From assembly GCA_951406725.2 (NCBI GenBank), contig OX597824.1, positions 61,256,001-61,320,000 on the forward strand: a DNA stretch of 64,000 nt, given 5' to 3'. Source of the stretch: Octopus vulgaris. Lineage: Eukaryota. Positions 13,401 through 24,926 of the stretch are shown here, in pieces (position 1 is the stretch's first letter; each line of letters begins with the position of its first letter). The position numbers and the translations under genes were made by a program. The notes under the pieces were generated by a model. It was not told the origin of the DNA. It made no database searches and worked only from the letters and a program-made list of their open reading frames with translations.

Positions 13401-14084
13401 GCAAACTTGTCAGCTGTGACGAGCAGTGTTTAGTTGGATGTATTCAACATGCTGTCTGAGCCGTCTCTTTCGATCTTCTGGTGAAAAACATTTAATATAT
13501 TGAAGAAACATTTCAACATATTTCATGTATTGAAATGTTTTCATGAACGTCTAGTGACAAGAAAAAGGCTCCATTCATGACAGAGTTTATTACATGGGTA
13601 ACATGTGTATTTGCATTTCATAATTAATAAGTATCAAGAACACAGATTTACTGAGGCATTCGAACTTTTAGGTCTTTTGTTAAATCTTAATGTAAATGTC
13701 ATTAGTCCTCCAATATGATAAGCTCTGATTAAATGAACGATCTATAAACTCTCTAACCTGCATACGATATAACGTTTGTCTTTCTCAGATAATATATCCA
13801 AAATAAAAATGCATGCAATATAAGTTTTATCCTTCGCTTGTAACATACCCAAAACAACCCTTTAATTATTAGGCGCAGGTAAGTGCATTGATACTCATAA
13901 CTTAAGTCTGCTGATATAAAGGAAGAAAATAAGAAAAATAACGTCTGTTGTTGATTTGAACTGAAGCATTATGAGCTCACTTCCCCCTTCCATATACATA
14001 CGGCGCTTACCCTTCCGCATTCCTTCTTTGCTACTTTATGATAATTTGTTTTTTCTCTATCAAAGTTTCTCATTATTTCATAAA

Positions 14085-14520
14085 TCACAAAGCTGGCAAG
14101 CCGGCAGAATCGTTAAAGCGTCGGAAAAAGAAAACACGCATTATGAAATTTATTGAAAACTCACTAACGTCAAATTTGCTTTCGTCTTTTTGGGGTCAAT
14201 AAAGAAACAGTGCTGTACTGTGGGTTGATGGTATTGAATAACCCACCCCTTTAAAAACTTTTGGTCTTTTGACAAAACGAGAATCCATTATTTTATAAGT
14301 CATTTAGAGTAGTGGAATGAAAGAATTATTAGCGTGTCGGATGAAGTGCTTTGCAGTGTATACTCTGGCTCCTTTCATTGTAAGTTCAAATACTACGAAG
14401 GACAACCTTACCTTTCCTTCTCCTGGGATCAATGGATGAAGTACTAGTCTAGTTCCTGAGTTGATTTAATTCGACTAATGTCTTCCTCCAAATTTCTGCC
14501 CGTGTGCCTTCATTAGAAAT
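14085..14520 (+). mobile_element. two decayed SINE family B copies
   Basis: ccggcagaatcgttaaagcgtcgg and gttcaaat..cctttccttctcctgggatcaat; match 55895-56125. Confidence 0.65.
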
Positions 14521-16595
14521 AGTTTTTCCTTTATCATCTCACTAAACTTAAACAAGTTTTAGCACAATTTTCAGAACATTTCTGACAGGAATGCTTGCGT
14601 GCTTGCGTTATTCACTTTGCTGCTAGAATCTTGGTACATATCATGATATCTGTCGGCACAAATACAATGGACTTTCGTTTATATTTTTTTTACTGCTCAA
14701 CTTGTAACCTGTATCCTTGTGAGGGTGGGTGAAGGACGATGGTCGGGTGATTAGTGACAGGAGTAGAACAACTAGCGGATGTCATTAAAGTACATTATCA
14801 GAACTGATTATGTTTCGGTCCACGGACCAAAATTCAAGATCGATAACTCAATCTTAACACGTCAATGCATTTTACTAATTATTCAAGCCTGCAATAAATG
14901 CAGAAAACTGATTTAAAATTGAAAATCAAAAAAATCAACAGAGGAACACAAATTTCTTAATATTATTAATAATAAATAGTATAAAAATTAAATACGCGCA
15001 CACACACACATACACATTCCACGCACATAGATACACGTATGTGATTCGATTTACAAAAATGTACGATTGGACTTTGCGTTCTTCCCTGAAAATATAATAA
15101 ATATCAATAAAAATGCACAATACGAAGATAAAATAAATAATAATAATGTACTAATTCAAATTTTATTTTAAAATAAAATCTTGCAGTTCATATTGATTTT
15201 GAAACATAAGGCCATTAAGTTGCTGGACTAAAACGACATAAAAAAAATAGAAAGGAGAGAAAGAAAAAAAATAATTAGAAAAGAAAAATAATTTCGAGGA
15301 AAATATTAAAAAGAAAATGACATAAAGATTAAAAAAGAAAGTGAATGAGAATAGAAGGAAAGAAATAAGAGAATGAAGTAAAAGAAATCCATATTCAACC
15401 GATATTATCGTGCATTTATGTCAGTTTTATGAAGCTGCAATCTTATAATGAAAATTATTATATCCCAAGTGTCGTCTAGGGGTAACAATGTCAGGCTAAT
15501 GTTTGGCAGAGAATTCGATTCTTGGCATCGATAATAATTGTTGATTGTCTTCATATTGCATTTATTTTATTCTTGAAACGCAAACCATTTTTAGACGTGA
15601 AATCAAAATCTAGTTTACAGGATGTTGTGAGCTGGATGCTCACATTTTTACATACTTACACTCACACACAAGCACAAGAACACGGATACACTCATACAAA
15701 CATATATATATATGTACATTCATAGATAAGCGAACGTATAAGCTGACAAGCGACAATTATTATTAATAATAAAAGGCTCGGAATCAAGGGAGAGCAGACT
15801 GTTGCAGCTCATGATGTCTCGTCAGCCGTGCATAGCTTTAGACTTAGTTATAAAAAATGTTACAGTAGGCAAGCCGATCTTTAAGAGCATTTGCTTCTAA
15901 TTTATGGAGAAGTATTATTGGAAACAACAAAAACTTTTAGCGTTACTGATAAAAGATGGGCTCCAGAATGTCCTTCGACTTAATGGATATAACAAGTTAA
16001 AAACAAAACAATAAAAAAAACAAGAACACAAAACTAACTGTGGGTTTTTTTTGAAAGTGAAAGTAACACGAATAAATCCTGCCTTACAGAGGAAAGATAA
16101 CTCGGTAATGGCGTTGTTGGCGGTAGTGGCTGGGAATATAATGTTTACCCTGTAATTACACACATATACATGCATAAACTCTCATTATTACACTCAGATA
16201 TACTCACACACTTACATACACTCTCATACTTGCACACACGGATACTTACAGATCCAAAAGGCACTGCATACGAACGAACAAAATTTTATACAGAGAAAAA
16301 GGCCAATCTGCACACATATATGCATACTAAGGCATACATGCACCGCATAGACACACATACACAAGCACAGTTATGCATACATACACACACATTTATACAT
16401 AGACATACATACACAATTATATACACTTATACATTCATACCCAAATACACACACACACACGCGCGCATATATATATATATACATATATATATTCATACAT
16501 ACACGCACACATACGTACATACATAAATACATGCATAGATACATATGTACATACATTCATACATACATACATACATACATACATACATGCATACA

Positions 16596-16637
<42 letters not shown>

Positions 16638-17094
16638 CATACATACATACATATCTAAATTAACAGCACTTTAGAAGCGATTTTTTTTCTAAATGTATTT
16701 CTATCCAGAATATTCAATTAACTGGCCGCAGATATCGCCAAAAAATGCCTCAGCCGTACACAAATGTGGCTAATGAAGGCGTCTATTTGGACCATCCAAG
16801 TTTGCCTTCACCGAAACAAATAGAAAGAAATGAAGAAAAAGGAATGTCTAAATCAGTATCTTTGGTTGGAATTGATTAATCACTTCTCTTAGAGATAACT
16901 CCTACCCGAAACTTGTTTTGGTAAAACATAATCGTGAGCACTATTTCTATCTACATGTATACGTTTGTGTTTGATTATATATATATGGTGCGTGGTTGCG
17001 TGCGTACGTGAGCGTGTGTACACACACACACACACGCGCACGCACATACATATATATATAAACGTATATGTTTATGTATATTTGGATGTATATA

Positions 17095-18050
17095 TTGGGT
17101 TGTATATATTACATTTTTAATCAACCAAATATGAACCATTTTGTTGCACAATGCGTCTCTATCTTTTCTTTAACTTGAAAATACTCTCTTCCCAGAATTG
17201 GGGTGGTTTCATGTTAAAGAATTCATCAAGGTATCTTTTTACGTCATCTAAGGAAATGAAATTTTTACTATTAAGACTATTCTGCAGAGACCTGAATAAG
17301 TGGAAATCCGAAGGAGCAATATCTGTTGAATATGGAGGGTGGGGTAATATATCCCAGCCGAGCAACAGCAATTTTTGTTTTTCCAAAGAAACGTGCGGTC
17401 TTGCATTATCATGTTGGAAAACAACACCCTTCCTGTTGGCCAATTCTGGACGTTTCTCTTGAATTGCTGCTTTTAACTCGTCCAGTTGTAAGCAGTATTT
17501 CTCAGAATTAATTGCCTGGTTATTTGGGAGAAGCTCATAATACAGAATTCCTTTCCAATTCCACCAGACACACCCCGCTTTTGGGGTGGCTAAGGGTAGC
17601 TCATGTCACTTACTCCAGGATCGCTTTCTCTGAACATTTCGGTAGATAATCCATTTCTCATCACCTGTCAAAATTTATTTAAAAAAAAGGCACGTTTTCA
17701 TTCCGTTTATAAAGCGAATCACATATGGAAATGTGATTCAAAAGGTTCTTCTCACTCAACTCATGTGGTACCCAAACATTATAGCGATTTGTGTATCCAA
17801 GCTTTACCAGGTGCTCATGAACGATGGATTTTGATAGATTGAAGTTTTCTGCTAATTCGCGGGTGGTGCAATGTGGGTTATTCTCAATTAATGACTTGAT
17901 TTGGTCATCATCTGTAGTGGATGGTCTGCCTGATCGCTCTTTATCAATAAGGCTACAATCTCCAGCTCGGTACCTTGCGAACCACTTCCGTACAGTTCTT
18001 TCGGATAAAGAAACATCACCGTAAACTGCGCATATTTCTTTGGTTGCTTA
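17095..18050 (-). mobile_element. mariner transposase pseudogene, 5' end lost
   Basis: QHDNARPH, HPPYSTDIAPSDFHLF, QATKEICAVYG..WFARYRAGD..RSGRP; TA-TTGGGTTG TIR remnant at 17093. Confidence 0.92.
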
Positions 18051-18904
18051 TCTGTGTTAGAGAAAAGGTCTGTTCTCAGCCTTTTTTTCCCAGACATTTT
18101 ATACAATTTTGGAAAATAACCGCTTGAAATATTCATCACATAGCTAGATGGTCGCCTCAGGAAGATCATGAAGAGGTGGGAAGACAGATCTGGTGCCCCT
18201 CATTCATGCTGTTTGTGCCACAGTACTGGTATTTGTAATTTCTTATAAGTTTTGTGACTGGAGAAATAACTTCGTGGCTTTGGTGCCGAAAACACGGCGA
18301 TATTGCTTGCATCTGCTCTGGCCATTCTCGGAGTTACATCTGTTTGCTCTGGAAGCAACACCAGCATCAGGGAGTCTTCATTTCTGCAGCTTGTTGTATC
18401 TGCTGCCCCTACTACCATTCATTGTACTATTTTTCTACTTTTACTCCACATCTTTGTAGAAGACCCCCAAATAATATAATAACTGAATCTTCGTCCTTGC
18501 ATCACTTGTCCAGTTGATCTCTTCTTCTCACCCTCAATGAATTACAGCTCCGCAATGGTCTTGTTGTCTTCGAGGTATTGAAATTTGGACGTCCATCGAG
18601 ACACCACTCAGATGCAAGGTGTTGCAAGTATCACATATACTCATCACATGTTTGTGCAAAGGTAACAACCAAGAGTCGACGTCTGTGACATCTCTTGCTT
18701 TGATTCCACTGATTCTGCAATCCATGTACTGTGGCACAAACAGCATGAATGAGGTGCATCAGATCTGTCTTCCCACCTCTTCATGCTCTTCCTGAGACGG
18801 CCATCTAGCTATGTGCATGAATATTTCTAGCGGTTATTTTCCAGAATTGTGTAAAAAGTCTTAAAAAAAAAAAGGCTGAGAACAGACCTTTTCTCTACCA
18901 CAGA
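18051..18904. mobile_element. non-autonomous DNA transposon with ~180 bp TIRs flanked by TA
   Basis: 18051-~18228 is the imperfect reverse complement of ~18726-18904; TA at 18049-50 and 18905-06. Confidence 0.88.
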
Positions 18905-19099
18905 TAACAGGGAAGATGCTCAAATGTTCTGAAGAACCAAATAAACATTTTACGAGCAGCCGTACAAAACGTAACTGCTTATATCAAACAACAACAACAA
19001 TAACAACAGCAACAACAACAACAACAGCAGCAGCAACAACAACAACAGCAACATTCTTTTCCTCGTCCTCATCACCATTATCTGCAACACCAACAACAT

Positions 19100-19232
19100 A
19101 TTCTTTTAATTTAGGTACAAGGTCAGAAATTTTGAAAGGATAGTCAGTATCATTGATTCTAGTACTTCAAAGGCACTTTATTTTATCGATTTCGGATGGA
19201 TGAAAAAGTAATCTTAGCGGGATTGGAACTGT
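19100..19232 (-). mobile_element. SINE family B fragment
   Basis: ttttatcgatttcggatggatgaaaaag is the reverse of the family B core. Confidence 0.55.
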
Positions 19233-19427
19233 ATTAGCTTTAAAAGATAAAGATGGTGTGCCCTAAGGGCTATTGTTTGGAGTTATCCTGTTAAATATAG
19301 CCTTCATGCCAGTGTTTTTGGGAACGGGTCAAACCATTAGCGAGTTTTTCGACCCCAGATTTGTTTGTTTTTGTGTGTTCCTTTTTTACTCGGGCGTCGT
19401 CAATCCGATATATATTTTCCTTAATAA

Positions 19428-19766
19428 GCATTGGCTCAGTGGTTAGAGTGTCGGACTCACAATCATGAGATAGTGAATTCAATTCCCAGACCTGGGTGTC
19501 TATTTTGTTTTTGAGCAAGACACTTTATTTCACGTTACTCCAGTTCACTCAACTGTAGAAATGAGTTGCGACGTCACTAGCTCCAAGCTGTATCGGCCTT
19601 TGCCTTTCCCTTGGATAATATCGGTGGCATTGAGAGGGGATGCTGGTGTGCATAAGGGACAGCTAGTCTCCCATAAACTACCTTGCCCGGACTTCTGCCT
19701 CGGAGGGTAACTTTCTAGGTGCAATCCCATGGTCGTTTATGACCGAAGGGGGTCTTTACCCTTTTA
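19428..19766 (+). mobile_element. tRNA-derived CORE-like SINE (family C)
   Basis: A box TGGCTCAGTGGTTAGAG, B-box-like AATTCAATTCC, then TTGAGCAAGACACTT..CCAGTTCACTCAACTGTAGAAATGAG resembling the CORE domain. Confidence 0.8.
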
Positions 19767-19796
19767 CTCTATATCTCATCACCAAAGTAGTGCTTT

Positions 19797-20132
19797 GGAT
19801 CTTTTCTAAAAGATGGACAGAATTTCTACTTAACTAAATGATTTGAAACTTCGTATACTGGTAGAATGTGTCAAAAGAAAACATTAATTTCTTTTGAGAA
19901 AACACGTGTGCGTGTGTGTGTGTGTCTGCTGTTTACTTAGACGCAGCAACTGAATTTAGCTCAAATGCTGGGATTTCATTGGTTAAAATTCGAAGAATTA
20001 AACTACGTAAAAGTTACAAAATACAATTTTCTCAAAAGAAATTAATGTTTTCTTTTGACACATTCTACCAGTATACGAAGTTTCAAATTATTTAGTTAAG
20101 TAGAAATTCTGTCCATCTTTTGGAAAAGATCC
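19797..20132. mobile_element. MITE with ~105 bp TIRs and exact 8-bp TSD
   Basis: GGATCTTTTC...GAAAAGATCC; AGTGCTTT at 19789-96 and 20133-40. Confidence 0.92.
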
Positions 20133-20598
20133 AGTGCTTTTATAACGGTTCCTGCATGTGAGGTCCCAGGGAGACCAGAAACCATGTCCTACTTTCGTTT
20201 TCACCCCAGAGGACTATCATTATCTTTTTCTAAATGATATTTCATGGCATTGTATGGGTTTCTAGCATTTTATTACGACTCAGCTTTGTGTGGCTCAGTT
20301 GTATGAAGTGTTTTACCGTTTGATTTTTGTGATGCCATATGAACCATATTTTTGTTTATTTATGTAGATGTGGATGAGGCTATTCGGTGTTGGTCTTGTG
20401 TTAAAAAAATTTCTACGTTCATTAGTATCAATTACTAGGAACAGGGTTTAGGAGAGTCATAAGTAATGAAAGAAGATGGAATAAAGGAAGGGAAGGTGAC
20501 ACAGATATACAGATAGATAGAGGAGTGGAATAAGATAACATCAATAATCTATAAATAGACTCAGAGGAAGTTCACTGGAAAAGTAAAGAGATAATAAA

Positions 20599-20635
<37 letters not shown>

Positions 20636-21204
20636 TGAGAGAGTGTGTGTATGTGTGAGAGAGAGGGAGAGGAGTAAAAATTACTATATGCTATTGATGT
20701 TGCTTGCTCTTTGATAGAACTAGTATTAGTCGAGCTGGTTAGCAAGGTCAACATAGAGTCAAAATATGTAACAGAAGCAGCGGGAGTTATTGATGTTTAC
20801 TACTTTCAATCTATGGAAGTAAAATGGTCGTAGATTTTGTAGTAGAAGCGAGCCAAGAAGAAAAAAAACTGGCAAGCTTGTTTCACTTGATGGCTTTATT
20901 CGTGAGGGAGATAAAATAAATACATGCATCATTGCACCATCGGTGTGTAATAGGTTTATTTTGCAATGGTAAAGATGCTGTTGGTGTTTAAGAATTTTAC
21001 AGCAAACCATGAAAAGAAATCGCTAACTCGCTTTATTTCAATTACTATGTGAATTTGCTATCACTAAGAAATAAATATATACACTACTGCTTGTAAACAC
21101 AGTATTGGATGGAGTTTTGAAGTAGTATAAATTCTTTTAGTGATATTTATGAGTTTGCTTTATTAAAGTATCAGCTGCGCTTTACGGCTATAAGAATGCT
21201 ATTA

Positions 21205-21205
21205 A

Positions 21206-21270
<65 letters not shown>

Positions 21271-21307
21271 TTCTTCTTCTTCTTCTTCTTATTATTATTA
21301 TTATTAT

Positions 21308-21342
<35 letters not shown>

Positions 21343-21351
21343 ATAATAATA

Positions 21352-21437
<86 letters not shown>
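21205..21437. repeat. compound trinucleotide microsatellite (TTA/TTC/TAG/TGA/TAA)
   Basis: Direct sequence. Confidence 0.95.
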
Positions 21438-21616
21438 TGAAACTTCAAGACTTCTTAGGCAGCTGGAAATCCCATGCAAGATTGATGTTTTACAAAAAGC
21501 AGCGTTATTGGACACAGCGCACATCTTAAGGAAAGTATTATCTGTCTGAGGTCTTTGTGATTTGACAGATGACTAAAGACTCCGCTGCATTTTTACCTAC
21601 ACTGTGTTACGAAGGA
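21438..21616 (+). mobile_element. R4/Dong-like LINE extreme 3' fragment between TAA arrays
   Basis: LRQLEIPCKIDVLQKAALLDTAHILRKVLSV* parallels IQKIVLMGTAHILRKILSM* of the 24.9 kb element; (TAA)n on both sides. Confidence 0.85.
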
Positions 21617-21634
21617 ATAATAATAATAATAATA

Positions 21635-21666
<32 letters not shown>

Positions 21667-21879
21667 AATGATGATGATGAGGATGATGACAGTGATGATT
21701 TTTCTTTGCTCTAACTTATACAATCTGCACTCAAGTTTTAACCATAGACTTCTAAAAATGTAAACAGGTGAGATGCCATACAGTTGGAAAACTGTTGCCT
21801 GTATATAAAAATAAAACAAAATACTCTCCTTATATTATTTATAATACTTGAATTAGTAAGATTGCGCTTACATGGAGAT

Positions 21880-22735
21880 AAATTTATATAAAATAGGTAA
21901 AGAAACCATAAGTATGATCTTCATCAATTCACTAATTTTGGAGCTACAAGGAATTTGGTCTTCATCTTTGTTCCTTTTGATAACATTACAAATATTCCAG
22001 TAATAATAAGTAATGTTGCTTTGAGATGCCACATTCTTCTGATTTCTAGCACCATATCTTAATATTTGTTCGATTTCTCAAACGTTTTAAGAGATGTGTT
22101 TTTGTCAGCTGAGGCCGCACTAGCAATCAAAAGATATGTATTTTCAACATGATTGTTCGCATTAATATCTGGTCGGCTGGCCTGAATTTCCCGATCAGTC
22201 TCAACACAGAAATTACAAAAGATGGTAACTTCAGTATTCTAGACAACTTCTGGTGGCTTATTTTCCCACCAATTCTCTTTGTGAAGGAGGCTGTATGCGC
22301 GGCAGATTGACCTGTGTAAGTACTTAGCTACCCACTTATGTTTTTGTAAGGTCCCTGTTGGTGCTAAAGTATTATTGTTTGCTGTCTTGATTTCGTGTTC
22401 TCCATATTTTGCAAGAGTTTGCGGTGTGTCTCGCTTGAGTTGGCCCTTTTAATGCATAGTAATAAGCGTATATTATTTCTTTGTACTTTTCCAGAGTCCA
22501 TTTCGTCCGTTAACTTTTTACTTTATGTGGTGGCTGTGGTGGGGAACTTGGAGGACTTAAGTTGGGACAATTCCCGTTCACGTGTTTGTATTCGGAGATG
22601 ATTTTGTGCCAGTGCATGACTTTTCGACCCCAGGTAGGTCACCCGTGAGGGACGCAGTTTCAAATTAACAATAGGACAAGCGATTTGGTGTACTCTTTTA
22701 ATTTTCTTTTTGGTTTCATTAAACATTTTCGTGCT
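21880..22735 (-). mobile_element. internally deleted R4/Dong-like element (N-terminal region fused to RLE domain)
   Basis: KWTLEKY-EIIYAYY N-terminal motif (~22460-22510) joined to LAPT..KYLHRSIC..WWENKPPEVV..TDREIQASRPDI..EIRRMWHLK. Confidence 0.75.
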
Positions 22736-23059
22736 ACATTAATATTATTATTATTGAGCCCCGTGTGGCTAATAAAGAAACAATTATTATTATCTCTACC
22801 ATTATTATAACCACCATTATTATCCCCCGCTCCACCATTATTGCCGTTACAATAACCACCACTATGCCATTACAGCAGCCATAGCCATCGGTGATCACAA
22901 CTACCACTGTCACTGTTTCTATCCTTGCAGCAACCCTTTGTAGCCATTGTAACAGTGTAGCCGTTATCAACATTATTATTGTTGTTGCTTCATGAGCTGC
23001 TACTGATGTGGCTGCTGCCGGAGATCGGCAAAGTTATGTTGCTGTTGCTGCTGCTGTTG

Positions 23060-23133
<74 letters not shown>

Positions 23134-23136
23134 ATT

Positions 23137-23661
23137 GAATGTGAGAGCAGTGGGGTAAAATATACGAAGCCCAGTATACCCATCACGACTACCCGCCTGA
23201 TAAGGGTACACCAGGCACATGCATCAGAACCATATGTGCGCGACACGGTGATCTCATATCAGGATTAACAGCGCATGACCTTGCAGGTTGGGCCCAGTTA
23301 GAATTTTCTTTTGGTCGAATAGCCCATCCCACTTAAAAAGGTCCCTGAATAAGGATTGTTTAAGGATGTTGAACAAACCACCCATGTTTCCAAAGGTGAA
23401 TTATCCAAACCTCTAAGAATTCCTTTCAACACATGGCTATGATGCTCCCCCACTACTTCTGCTCGTGATCAGAGATGCACATATCGTCAGCCACTAAGGA
23501 ACATGGTCAACTGGTTAAGGTCAAACAACTGACAAGTAAATCTGTGGTATTGAGCAGAATATTTGCTGTAGTCCATCTTTTATACCAAGACAAAACAATG
23601 TACATGATAACACTTGCAATCAGTTAAGATCAGAAGCCATGAGAGCCACTATCTGGTACTG

Positions 23662-23663
<2 letters not shown>
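23137..23663 (-). mobile_element. non-coding TAA-embedded repeat, copy 1
   Basis: Highly similar to copies 2 and 3, with a ~20 bp deletion near the left end; (TTA)n both sides. Confidence 0.85.
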
Positions 23664-23722
<59 letters not shown>

Positions 23723-24278
23723 GAGTGAGAGAGCAGTTCATGCCATCAAAGTGACATTGGGGTAAAATATACGAAGCCCAATATACCCATCATGACTACC
23801 CGTCTGATAAAGGTACACCAGGCACATGCATCACAACCATATGTGCGCGACATGGTGATCTCATATCAAGATAAACAGCACATGACCTTGCAGGTGGGGC
23901 CCAGTTAGAATTTTCTTCAGGTTGAGTAGCCCATCCCGCTCAAACGGTCTCTGAATAAGGTTTATTTAAGGATGTTGAAAGAACCACCCATGTTTCCAGA
24001 GGTGAACTATTCAACGCCAAAGAATCCCTCTCAACACATGGCTATGATGCTCCCCCACTACTTCTGCTCGTGATCAGAGATGCACATATCGTCAGCCACT
24101 AAGGGACATGCTCAACTGGTTAAGGTCAAACAACTGACAAGCAAATCTGTGGTATTGAGCAGAATATTTGCTGTAGCCCATCTTTTATACCAAGACAAAA
24201 CAATGTACATGATAACACTTGCAATCAGTTAAGAAAAAAGCCATGAGAGCCATTGCCTGGTACTGCATCAGGGCATTT

Positions 24279-24280
<2 letters not shown>
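23723..24280 (-). mobile_element. non-coding TAA-embedded repeat, copy 2 (longest)
   Basis: gagtgagagagcag...gcatcagggcattttc flanked by (TTA)n. Confidence 0.88.
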
Positions 24281-24344
<64 letters not shown>

Positions 24345-24848
24345 GTGAGTGAGAGAGCAGTTCATGCCATCAAAGTGACGCTGGGGTGAAATATACGAAG
24401 CCCAATATACCCATCATGACTACCCGTCTGATAAGGGTACACCAGGCACATGCATCACAACCATATGTGCGCGACATGGTAATCTCATATCAAGATAAAC
24501 AGCACATGACCTTGCAGGTGGGGCCCAGTTAGAATTTTCTTCAGGTTGAGTAGCCTATCCCGCTCAAACGGTCCCTGAATAAGGGTTGTTTAAGGATGTT
24601 GAACAAAACACCCATATTTCCAGAGGTGAACTATTCAAACCCCCAAAAATCCCTCTCAACACATGGCTATGATGCTCCCCCACTACTTCTGCTCGTGATC
24701 AGAGATGCACATATCGTCAGCCACTAAGGGGCATGCTCAACTGGTTAAGGTCAAACAACTGACAAGCAAATCTGTGGTATTGAGTAGAATATTTGCTGTA
24801 GCCCATCTTTTATACCAAGACAAAACAATGTACATGATAACACTTCAA
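24345..24848 (-). mobile_element. non-coding TAA-embedded repeat, copy 3 (truncated at right end)
   Basis: Same left end, stops at gataacacttc; flanked by (TTA)n. Confidence 0.88.
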
Positions 24849-24849
24849 A

Positions 24850-24925
<76 letters not shown>

Positions 24926-24926
<1 letters not shown>

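Noticed and set aside
16720-16815. GC-richer island with upstream polypyrimidine tract on minus strand
   Set aside because: No clear donor or recognisable peptide; cannot support an exon or enhancer
23050-24925. CRISPR-like repeat/spacer appearance
   Set aside because: The intervening units are near-identical 0.5 kb copies and the repeats are variable-length microsatellites; no cas genes; eukaryotic context
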